IMG/VR virus record: IMGVR_UViG_3300008107_006173 | Strand: one strand, 5' to 3' | Length of the DNA stretch: 64,000 nt | Origin: a virus | Taxonomy: Duplodnaviria; Caudoviricetes | Part shown: in pieces, positions 48,342-56,171 of the stretch | Numbering within the stretch: the stretch's first letter is position 1 | Layout: each line of letters begins with the position of its first letter | The notes under the pieces: generated by a model | Told to the model about the DNA's origin: nothing | Database searches by the model: none | Seen by the model: only the letters and a program-made list of their open reading frames with translations | Made by a program: the position numbers and the translations under genes

Positions 48342-49547
48342 TTACTGTAACTTTTTTAAAGCATGTGTTAATTCTGAACTTAGTTTTTCAAAATCGTTTT
48401 CAGTCATATATGGCGCGGTACTAATACGCAACAATCCTTTGGGCGCAAACTTATTAACCAAAGGATGAGCGCACAGTTTACCTGTGCGTACTGCTACATT
48501 GCGTTGACCTAATATAACTGACACATCGCTGGGGTTCAGCGAATTGCTTCTAAATGAAAAGATGCTGGATTTAGAAACACCAGGAAACAAAGGTTCAAAT
48601 CCCAGTGCAGACAGTTTATCTTTGATTTCATATTTTATAAAGTAACCGTCTAGATTTCTAATTGCGCTTTGGATTTCATCATATCCCACATAGTTTATAA
48701 ACTCAGCAGCAATACCTAAACCTAAAATACCTGCAATGTTTCTAGTGCCAACTTCGTGCTTAGAAACATCTGGGTAGAAAACTAAATTATCAAAACTCAC
48801 ATGTTCGACGCCACCACCGCCAAACATCAAGGGTTTTAGATCAGCGAACCCGCGTCGCGAATACAATATGCCTACTCCGGTAGGACCAAACATTTTGTGG
48901 CCGCTGAACACCATATAATCAACAGGAACACTTTTAACATCAATATACTCGTGCATGATGCTTTGACACGCATCTAAGCAGGTATAAATTCCTCTGTTAT
49001 GAGCTAAACCGATTATTGTTCGCCAATGCTGCTCTACACCTGAAGCATTATGTATGGACGCAATACTCAGTAATGAACCTGGTTCAGATCGCTCAATCTT
49101 AGCATTAGTTTCATCTAGTTCAGTGTGACCATAATGCTCTAGCAACGACAACACAGCTAGACGTTTATTTTCAGAGGATCGATTTTGTACCAACCAAGGA
49201 ACAATATTAGAGTTATGTTCACCTTCGGTTATGATAACTTGGTTAGTAGATTTGTGCCACTGTGCTACCATGTTTAGCCCTTCGGTAGCACCTGAGGTAA
49301 ACATGATTTGTTCTGGTTCAGCGTTTATTAGATCAGCAATACTACGCCGTGCTTGATCAACTTCTGCTGCTACAAAATCACTCATAGCGAAATCGCTGCG
49401 ATGTATATTGCAGCGTTCGTGTTCGTAGTAGCGATTCATCCTGTCTAGTACCCATTGATGTGTTTGGGTACTAGCAGCATTATCAAAATAAGCCAGCTCA
49501 GGATTATTTTTTAAAGTAGGAAAAAAGTCCTTGGCAAAAAGTTGCAC
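48342..49547 (-). CDS. sufS: Group II cysteine desulfurase (SufS-like)
   Basis: YFDNAASTQ, SGHKMFGPTGVG (PLP Lys), VRTGKLCAHP (catalytic Cys), LRIS. Confidence 0.9.
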   Translation of the reverse strand: MQLFAKDFFPTLKNNPELAYFDNAASTQTHQWVLDRMNRYYEHERCNIHRSDFAMSDFVAAEVDQARRSIADLINAEPEQIMFTSGATEGLNMVAQWHKSTNQVIITEGEHNSNIVPWLVQNRSSENKRLAVLSLLEHYGHTELDETNAKIERSEPGSLLSIASIHNASGVEQHWRTIIGLAHNRGIYTCLDACQSIMHEYIDVKSVPVDYMVFSGHKMFGPTGVGILYSRRGFADLKPLMFGGGGVEHVSFDNLVFYPDVSKHEVGTRNIAGILGLGIAAEFINYVGYDEIQSAIRNLDGYFIKYEIKDKLSALGFEPLFPGVSKSSIFSFRSNSLNPSDVSVILGQRNVAVRTGKLCAHPLVNKFAPKGLLRISTAPYMTENDFEKLSSELTHALKKLQ

Positions 49548-49548
49548 A

Positions 49549-49854
49549 TCACACCTTTTCCATCATGATGTTCAACGGATGACCATTGTGACGACTTAGT
49601 AGTGTGCTTTCGTGAACCTTTTGTTCAGCTATTTCAAAGTTGTAGGTTCCAGCAATGCCCTTGCCCAACTCATGAATTTGAATTGTGATGTCTTTGGCTT
49701 CTTCAATGTTTTTGTTAAACACTTCAATAAGCAAATGTATTACAAATTCCATAGGCGTAAAGTCATCATTCATTATGATTACATTGAAGCGGTCGGGATA
49801 CTTAATATCCGTACGAACCGATGATGACGTTCTAGTTTTAGTTGATGTGCCCAT
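49549..49854 (-). CDS. clpS: ClpS N-degron adaptor
   Basis: VIIMNDDFTPMEFV..IHELGKGIAGTYNFEIAEQK. Confidence 0.93.
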   Translation of the reverse strand: MGTSTKTRTSSSVRTDIKYPDRFNVIIMNDDFTPMEFVIHLLIEVFNKNIEEAKDITIQIHELGKGIAGTYNFEIAEQKVHESTLLSRHNGHPLNIMMEKV

Positions 49855-49873
49855 GATATACTCTACTAATTAG

Positions 49874-49896
49874 CGGGGGAGAGTTTCCCCTCCCCC
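49874..49896 (-). terminator. GC-rich GAAA-tetraloop hairpin after hsp20
   Basis: Minus strand GGGGGAGGG-GAAA-CTCTCCCCC. No U-tract downstream on minus, so it may be a stabilising or processing hairpin. Confidence 0.45.
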
Positions 49897-49906
49897 TGTT
49901 TTTGGA

Positions 49907-50353
49907 TTACTTCTGTTCAATCACCGTTGATGTGGTAATTTCAATACGCTTTGGTTGAAGTTCCGCTGGAACTTCTCGAACCAATTGAATATTGAGCATA
50001 CCTAACTCAAGTGTAGCAGACTTAACCTCCACATGATCAGCAAGAGTAAATTCTCTGCGGAACTGACGGGCACCAATGCCCTTGTGTAGGTACTGTACTT
50101 CTTCAGACACCTTAGGTGATGTGCCTTCTACTCGCAGAGCATTTTTGTCCTTGGTAATGTTTAAATTATCCATAGCAAAGCCGGCAACAGCGAGACTAAT
50201 TACATATTCGTCGTCGCTGATCTTAGCAATGTTATATGGGGGATAAGTATTTGCACTAGGCAAGTTGCGCTCAATTTCATTAAACAATCGATCAAAGCCA
50301 ATTGTTGAACGAGCAAATGAAGGTAGGTCTAGAGTTGTAATTCTTGTATTCAT
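49907..50353 (-). CDS. hsp20: Small heat-shock protein (Hsp20/IbpA-like)
   Basis: IGFDRLF, YPPYNI, LAVAGF, YLHKGIGARQFRREFTLADHVEV, LELGMLNIQL. Confidence 0.95.
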   Translation of the reverse strand: MNTRITTLDLPSFARSTIGFDRLFNEIERNLPSANTYPPYNIAKISDDEYVISLAVAGFAMDNLNITKDKNALRVEGTSPKVSEEVQYLHKGIGARQFRREFTLADHVEVKSATLELGMLNIQLVREVPAELQPKRIEITTSTVIEQK

Positions 50354-50357
50354 AAGT

Positions 50358-50434
50358 ATCTCCTTTATTAAGCAAGATTACGGTTAATGCAACAACTACA
50401 ACACCCATTCGGCATGTTGTAGTCTTGTGTTGCA
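50358..50434 (-). ncRNA. ROSE-like RNA thermometer (cis element in the hsp20 5'UTR)
   Basis: Minus strand AUCUUGCUU-AAUA-AAGGAGAU: U(U/C)GCU pairs with the SD, with a bulged G. Upstream hairpin at 50388-50434. Confidence 0.75.
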
Positions 50435-50438
50435 ACTT

Positions 50439-50494
50439 TATTTATACAGAAAATCTGTATAATTTTAATATAGCGAAAAAATTTTATTTGTCAA
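50439..50494 (-). promoter_or_regulatory. Tandem late (TATAAATA 50439-50446) and sigma70 (TTGACA-16-TATATT) promoters for hsp20
   Basis: Read directly from the sequence. Confidence 0.65.
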
Positions 50495-50516
50495 GTACAA
50501 ATAAAACCCTTTTTAA

Positions 50517-50729
50517 TTACTTCATGTATTCGGTCAGTGAGTGGGCAGCAATCTTGTAGTTAATCATTGAAGGTACATCACTGAACGGAAATTCTAGAAT
50601 AAAACTACAACTGTTCTGCCAACTGTCAGTTTTTAGAAAGTGTGCATATTCCTTCAAATGGTTCTTGTTTGAAACATCAAAAAATACTTTTGGTTCTACC
50701 ACAGGTTTGCGTTTAATTGTGTGTATCAT
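50517..50729 (-). CDS. Hypothetical protein
   Basis: 70-aa ORF. Confidence 0.5.
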   Translation of the reverse strand: MIHTIKRKPVVEPKVFFDVSNKNHLKEYAHFLKTDSWQNSCSFILEFPFSDVPSMINYKIAAHSLTEYMK

Positions 50730-50888
50730 AATTTGTTTTGTCTAGTTGATAACGAAATTCCCGTCGAAGCCACCACTTATATTTTGCAAAATAATCCTGC
50801 GCTGTATACTGTGGTACTTTCCCGGTCCAAAAAATTACTTCATCTATATGATCCAACCACTGGGACATTAACCATTGTCTGAACGAGT

Positions 50889-51071
50889 TCACTCAGCTAC
50901 CTCAAGTTGTAATAGCATCCTACAAGCAGTATTTTCGTCGGGCCAAAAATGCTGACACTCACCTTCCTTTTGATAGCGTAAGAATTCGGCAAGTACCTCA
51001 TCGCTAGAATGACCTCGCTCTTTAGCCATTTTGCCTACAATACGATTTGCTTCGTTGATATCCCTAACCAT
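50889..51071 (-). CDS. Hypothetical protein
   Basis: Likely start MVRDIN. Confidence 0.4.
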   Translation of the reverse strand: MVRDINEANRIVGKMAKERGHSSDEVLAEFLRYQKEGECQHFWPDENTACRMLLQLEVAE

Positions 51072-51072
51072 C

Positions 51073-51348
51073 TTACATGCTCCAATATGATTCTGAACTG
51101 GGCGAGCAGTAGTAGGGCGTGTCATAACGCTCCTGGAATTCCTTACCGCTGAGTGCGTTGCGCTTGGTTACAAAAGTTTCAACAATGTTGAACTTGTAAC
51201 CGTCTTTAGCTTTGTAAGTGGGATAGAGCTCTTTGACTTCACGCTCCATGCTAGCACGATCCTTGCGATCGTAATCATACTTGCCAATCAAACGCTGACC
51301 CTCTTTAGTGCGCTTGTCCTGCTTGTAAATCTCTAAAGTGAACATCAT
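51073..51348 (-). CDS. Early hypothetical protein
   Basis: Start MMFTLE after SD AAGGAG of the conserved leader. Confidence 0.65.
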   Translation of the reverse strand: MMFTLEIYKQDKRTKEGQRLIGKYDYDRKDRASMEREVKELYPTYKAKDGYKFNIVETFVTKRNALSGKEFQERYDTPYYCSPSSESYWSM

Positions 51349-51354
51349 ATCACG

Positions 51355-51466
51355 CTCCTTATTTCTCATCCTACATATACATTATAGCAAGATTTGAGCA
51401 GGGTGTCAACCACTTTTTGAGCACTTTTTTAGGGCTAAAAAGTTGTATAAAAACAACAACTTAGCT
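51355..51466 (-). promoter_or_regulatory. Early cassette: near-IHF site + TTGACA-17-TATAAT + conserved leader
   Basis: -35 at 51404-51409, -10 at 51381-51386, AAACAACAACTTA at 51451-51463. Confidence 0.8.
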
Positions 51467-51469
51467 AGA

Positions 51470-51718
51470 TTAATCGTAGCGTTTGCCCGGGTCGGGCTTA
51501 ATACCCTTTACATGATTGTCTGAATAGCAGTCAGGTTTGAAACTGGGGTCTTCAACAGCCTTTGCACCCTTAAACCTAAATTCATGACGGTATGCCCGTG
51601 ACCGCAATGCACTTTCGCAAGCAGCCTTTGATGGATATTGAATCTCAATCTTACCCACATAGTTTTCATCTGAGGGCAAATTGGGATTGACAAGAAAAAT
51701 AATTAACCAAAACTTCAT
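51470..51718 (-). CDS. Hypothetical protein
   Basis: Likely start MKFWLII (hydrophobic N-terminus); start approximate. Confidence 0.45.
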   Translation of the reverse strand: MKFWLIIFLVNPNLPSDENYVGKIEIQYPSKAACESALRSRAYRHEFRFKGAKAVEDPSFKPDCYSDNHVKGIKPDPGKRYD

Positions 51719-51966
51719 ACAAATATCCTTACTAGTCCATAACTGATAAACGATAAACAAACTATATTAACAACAAGCAGGGGTCGGTCCTGCATTTTAA
51801 CTGACGCCAACAACCACATAGCGGTACCGATCCAACCAAACACCAAATCAATAGCGTGAAGTTCGAATGCCCTAGAACCTGTTGCGATAATAATACAAAT
51901 CGTAGCCCACCATTTAATTAGGCTTAATGATGTGTCAGATGAATTCTGGTTCAATGTGTTTTCCAT
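51715..51966 (-). CDS. Small multi-TM membrane protein
   Basis: IKWWATICII..GWIGTAMW..DRPLLVVN. Confidence 0.6.
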   Translation of the reverse strand: MENTLNQNSSDTSLSLIKWWATICIIIATGSRAFELHAIDLVFGWIGTAMWLLASVKMQDRPLLVVNIVCLSFISYGLVRIFV

Positions 51967-52201
51967 GTGTTAGATTTGTATGCGTCTTATTTCCAAATGC
52001 CAGTTTGAATATAGCAAAGTCATCAGCCTTTTCAAACTCAGCAGTTACAACCAATTTTAGGTTGTATGTAGCAAAATCGTTATCCGTGTGTTTAACAAAC
52101 GAAATATCGATACCATGTTCAGCAGCCCAGGCCCAATAGGGCTCCAATGTATTGTGTATAGCAGCACCGTACATAATATCAATGCCGTCGCCATCGGGCA
52201 T
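51935..52201 (-). CDS. Small hypothetical protein (C-terminal motif family)
   Basis: AEFEKADDFAIFKLAFG; start refined to MPDGDG. Confidence 0.5.
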   Translation of the reverse strand: MPDGDGIDIMYGAAIHNTLEPYWAWAAEHGIDISFVKHTDNDFATYNLKLVVTAEFEKADDFAIFKLAFGNKTHTNLTHGKHIEPEFI

Positions 52202-52229
52202 TGTGGTGCGTATGAGATTGTGCTTAAAC

Positions 52230-52565
52230 TTAGTCACCCAACACCTTGTCAAGGTGCTTACAACGACCCCTAAACTGAAAGCCGCTACAGGTACAGGTCT
52301 TAGCATCAGGATCAACAAAGTAAGTATCACCCTTACTTCCCTTGACCTCAATCAAGTTAGACTCAACCTTTGCGTTGAACGGATTAGACTTGAGCTCAAC
52401 AAACTTACGACCGCGCTGATCAATAGCAACAGGCTTCTTAAAATACTGTGCAGGCTCTGTACCCCAGGGCATATATGCAACAGCCTTAGCACCGTCCATT
52501 AGGTACACATGATTAGGCTGACGATACTCAACGTCCCACTTAGTAATTTCTTGCACAGCAATCAT
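52230..52565 (-). CDS. SWIM Zn-finger protein
   Basis: [23 protein letters not shown]. Confidence 0.75.
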   Translation of the reverse strand: MIAVQEITKWDVEYRQPNHVYLMDGAKAVAYMPWGTEPAQYFKKPVAIDQRGRKFVELKSNPFNAKVESNLIEVKGSKGDTYFVDPDAKTCTCSGFQFRGRCKHLDKVLGD

Positions 52566-52566
52566 A

Positions 52567-52833
52567 TTAGAGAGACGCCGCGTAGTTCATCAGCGCAAGA
52601 ACATCTGCTGGACTTTGGTATCCCTGGACATCATCGTCCTTATACTGCACAAAGTTACCATCAGGATCCAACAGCGCAGTCTCGGCAGTAGTAGCAGTCA
52701 TAGGCTTACCCATGTTATCCAGGAAGCTCAAATCGTAATTACTACCATAGTTACCCGGGCCGAACTGTACACTTACTGTATAGCCATTGTCCAGTGTAAT
52801 GCTAAAGCCTTTGTTATCATTAATGCGAAACAT
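52567..52833 (-). CDS. Hypothetical phage protein
   Basis: [15 protein letters not shown]; SD AGGA. Confidence 0.65.
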   Translation of the reverse strand: MFRINDNKGFSITLDNGYTVSVQFGPGNYGSNYDLSFLDNMGKPMTATTAETALLDPDGNFVQYKDDDVQGYQSPADVLALMNYAASL

Positions 52834-52845
52834 AATTATATTCCT

Positions 52846-53547
52846 TTACAGCGATTTGTACGACTTAAACTGTTCAATAAGTTCTTTCTTAATTTCTTCC
52901 TTGTTAGACACAGTCAATCCAGTGACCTTCCACGTAAATCCGTTTGATTCTGCATGGAACGTAAGGTTTTTGCAATTATACTCAGCTTTCCCGAAACTAA
53001 TAAGTTTAACATTACATTTTGACATATCTGCTTTACCGTCATTGTTAACAATCGCAGTAGCAATGTTATTAGGATTAATTTCCTTTACAACCATATTAAT
53101 CATATTTGGAATAAACTTTTCCGCTAGTCCGGTTGTGAAAGCCTTTGCAAAATCTTTAAAAGGATTATCAGCTAAGTCTTTATCAAGTTCTTTGTTTAAT
53201 GAATCAATAAACACTTCGGAATATTCTGTAAGTATATCATTAGCATCCTTCCTAATGTTATCAAACTCTACATGATCTTCCAACATGTTTTTTATATCTT
53301 CTTTATTGTTTGATTCGACAGTAGATTTAGCATTATAAAGCGTAATGTACGGCGTTCCGGCATGAAAAATTGTTATACCTAAACCTACTAATACAGCCGA
53401 TGCAAGCATTTTCTTAAACTTACGCTTAGGAGCAGCAGGAGGAACAACAGGATTCTTTACAGCAGCATTCCTTTTAATCTCAATAGGTTTAGCTATTGCC
53501 TTGCCAGCGTAGCCTTGTTTGAAACCTTCTGTAAAGCTCTTAAACAT
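52846..53547 (-). CDS. Membrane-anchored DUF2939-like protein
   Basis: TM followed by TPYITLYNAK...HVEFDNIRKD. Confidence 0.5.
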   Translation of the reverse strand: MFKSFTEGFKQGYAGKAIAKPIEIKRNAAVKNPVVPPAAPKRKFKKMLASAVLVGLGITIFHAGTPYITLYNAKSTVESNNKEDIKNMLEDHVEFDNIRKDANDILTEYSEVFIDSLNKELDKDLADNPFKDFAKAFTTGLAEKFIPNMINMVVKEINPNNIATAIVNNDGKADMSKCNVKLISFGKAEYNCKNLTFHAESNGFTWKVTGLTVSNKEEIKKELIEQFKSYKSL

Positions 53548-53553
53548 TTGAAA

Positions 53554-53673
53554 CTCCTAATTCCTTACCCTACATATACAGTATAGCAGAACTAGGGCTA
53601 AAGTCAACCAAAAAGAAACGCTTGTAAATCAATGACTTACAAGCGTTCTTAGTTGTTTAAAATCAATGACTTA
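53554..53673 (-). promoter_or_regulatory. Terminator/IHF/sigma70 cassette
   Basis: 11-bp stem 53617-53647 with IHF consensus 53627-53639; second IHF site 53661-53673; TTGACT-16-TATACT. Confidence 0.85.
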
Positions 53674-53681
53674 CGTCTGTG

Positions 53682-56006
53682 TTAAAACTTAGTGGTTATT
53701 TCTACACCAAATGTTCTTGGAGCATTAAAGTTAGCATAGTCACCGAGTACAGTACCATTAGCGTTTGAGCGTCTAAAGATAAATGAGCTATTAAATAGGT
53801 TGCGTGACCATACTGCAACCGACAGCGGTTGATTAGCAATCTCAATACCTTCAAATGTTACACGACCATTAACAATGAAACTTGCTTCGCTCTTTACATT
53901 TTCATTATCAAATGCATATGCTGAAGAAGCATAGTTAGCATCAATGTGGAACTTTGCAATGGTATTAGAGTTACCAACAAAGGTTTGATAATCAATTGAC
54001 CCTGACAATGCATGTGTTGGAGTATAAACAACAAACACATCTTGATATATAGGAGTCGTGTTAGCTGGGTTCAATGATGCATTAAGTTGCTCTTGTACTG
54101 TGTTGCGAGCCTGAGGCATATCTACATCTGTATAAGCATATGACAATGTGCTTGAAAGGCCTTCTAATGGTTGAACAGTTAGATCTGCTTCAATGCCTCT
54201 GATCTTTGTTGTACCTTCAGCATTAACAGTTTCAAGTGTATTTCTAACTGTTCCGTTTGGTTGTGGAACAAAGAAGTTAAAGTCAACTTGGCTGTCACTT
54301 CTGTCCATCATATATGCAGCAAGATTAAAACGAACAGCACGATTAAATAGTTCCAACTTGGAACCAACTTCGTAGCTCTTAACTTCTTCTGGACCAAAAG
54401 AACGATAGTTCAACGAACGTGAGCTTGCACCACCTGCTCTGTATCCTGTTGTATACTTTGCATATACATTAATGTCTCTGTCAATGTCATAAGCAAGTGT
54501 TACAATTGGATCAAACCGCTTGTTGTTTTGATCAAAGGTAAAGTTAGTTGCTGCACCATTGACTTTGAATAGTGTACCATCTTTCTTGTCTTGAGTAAAG
54601 CGGCCACCTGCTGTGATATGTAAGTTATCAAAGTTATATGTACCTTGACCATAAACAGCATAGCTCTTAGCATATGCTATTGAAGCGCGGGCTACTGTTG
54701 CTAAAGGATAGGTAGCAGGATCAACAATAGTGTAACCTGTACCTGTTGCGTTCCACTTATTAGTGTTTGGTGTCTTTGCTTCGTCATTGGCACGCTCATT
54801 AAAATAATAAGCACCAAACACATAGTCTAAATTGTTAGTTGAACCAACAGCCTGTAGCTCTTGACTAAACTGACGTTGGTCCAATTTAGCGATAGAATAT
54901 CTACTAAAGGTTGCATTAGGTGTAAACACTGGTGTACGATTAGCACCACCCGAGTTATCAAACTGACGGTCGCTTACTGTACGCCATGCTGTAATTGAAC
55001 GAAGTTCCAAATCATCAGTGATACCATACTTCACAGTTGACACTACGCCAAATGTTTCGCCTACACTTGGTTCTTGTACAACGCCAACTGCTGCTACATC
55101 AGCACGTTCAGATTGAACCTTAACCATTGAAGGTAGAGGAGCAATAAAGCCAGAAGGAATTTTGTTTCCTGCTGCTGTAATTTGTGCAAGTGTTGCAACT
55201 GGACGATTGTATGGGTTATAGTTAATCAACTGACTTAAGAACGGAGTGTTGTTGTCACGACCGAGGTCTACTGCAACATCTGCTGTCAAGTTAGTAGTTG
55301 GTTCCCAACGAATAGCAGCACGACCACCATAACGGTGATAGTAGTTCCATCCATATTGACCTTCTAATGGATTCTTGGTTGTTGCTTCTTGATGCTGAAT
55401 AGAACCATCAAGCTTCACACTGAATCCTGCGAACTTAGGCAAGTTCAAACGCAAGTTACTGTTATAGGAACCGTAGTTACCAAAGCCAGTTGTTGCTGAA
55501 CCGCCCCATTCACCGGTTGGGGCTTTGCTGATAATATTAACAGCGCCACCTTCTGTGTTGCGTCCAAATAGTGTTCCCTGTGGGCCGCGCAATACTTCAA
55601 TGCGCTCAATGTCCAGGAACCCAGCATTAAGACCATGCTGACGACCTAGATATACGCCATCAATGTAAACGCCAACACCCTGTTCACGAGCGGGTTGGTT
55701 TGCATCACCAGGAACAATACCACGCATACCGACTGTAAGTGCAGACTGTCTAGATTCAAAAGTTGCTACTCTTAGACTTGGAATACCACCGTCTGATAAA
55801 TCAATCAAACTTTGTACTTGACGATTCTTGAGAGATTCGCTGTTCATTACAGCAATTGATATTGGTGTGTCTTGTAGATTGGTTTCTCTCTTTGTTGCTG
55901 TAACAACAATTTCTGCTACTTCTGCCATGTCAGCATTGTCTGCCGCATTGGCTGTTCCAAAAGAAAGCAGCGCCATTGCTGTTGCTATAATATATTTAAG
56001 TTTCAT
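53682..56006 (-). CDS. TonB-dependent outer-membrane receptor
   Basis: Signal peptide; EIVVTATKR TonB-box region; plug motif IEVLRGPQGTLFGRNTEGGAVNI; beta-barrel; C-terminal Phe (RTFGVEITTKF). Confidence 0.95.
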   Translation of the reverse strand: MKLKYIIATAMALLSFGTANAADNADMAEVAEIVVTATKRETNLQDTPISIAVMNSESLKNRQVQSLIDLSDGGIPSLRVATFESRQSALTVGMRGIVPGDANQPAREQGVGVYIDGVYLGRQHGLNAGFLDIERIEVLRGPQGTLFGRNTEGGAVNIISKAPTGEWGGSATTGFGNYGSYNSNLRLNLPKFAGFSVKLDGSIQHQEATTKNPLEGQYGWNYYHRYGGRAAIRWEPTTNLTADVAVDLGRDNNTPFLSQLINYNPYNRPVATLAQITAAGNKIPSGFIAPLPSMVKVQSERADVAAVGVVQEPSVGETFGVVSTVKYGITDDLELRSITAWRTVSDRQFDNSGGANRTPVFTPNATFSRYSIAKLDQRQFSQELQAVGSTNNLDYVFGAYYFNERANDEAKTPNTNKWNATGTGYTIVDPATYPLATVARASIAYAKSYAVYGQGTYNFDNLHITAGGRFTQDKKDGTLFKVNGAATNFTFDQNNKRFDPIVTLAYDIDRDINVYAKYTTGYRAGGASSRSLNYRSFGPEEVKSYEVGSKLELFNRAVRFNLAAYMMDRSDSQVDFNFFVPQPNGTVRNTLETVNAEGTTKIRGIEADLTVQPLEGLSSTLSYAYTDVDMPQARNTVQEQLNASLNPANTTPIYQDVFVVYTPTHALSGSIDYQTFVGNSNTIAKFHIDANYASSAYAFDNENVKSEASFIVNGRVTFEGIEIANQPLSVAVWSRNLFNSSFIFRRSNANGTVLGDYANFNAPRTFGVEITTKF

Positions 56007-56066
56007 ATGTCCTCCGTGTTTGATCGTTACAATTTGATTACAAATTTGACACCTTAAAAACGACGA

Positions 56067-56095
56067 ATCTCCAGGGACTTGCGTCCACTGGAGAT
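56067..56095 (-). terminator. GNRA hairpin in the TBDR leader (terminator or attenuator)
   Basis: ATCTCCAG(T)GGAC-GCAA-GTCCCTGGAGAT followed by TCGTCGTTTTT. Confidence 0.6.
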
Positions 56096-56171
56096 CCTGA
56101 ATTTTAAATTGTTATTTTTATTTAGTTAATGTGTTAGAATCATAATATATAGATAGGTAAAATGATCCAAA

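Noticed and set aside
56007-56170. Cobalamin or TPP riboswitch before the TBDR
   Set aside because: Leader is only about 120 nt with one hairpin and no recognisable B12-box or TPP core.
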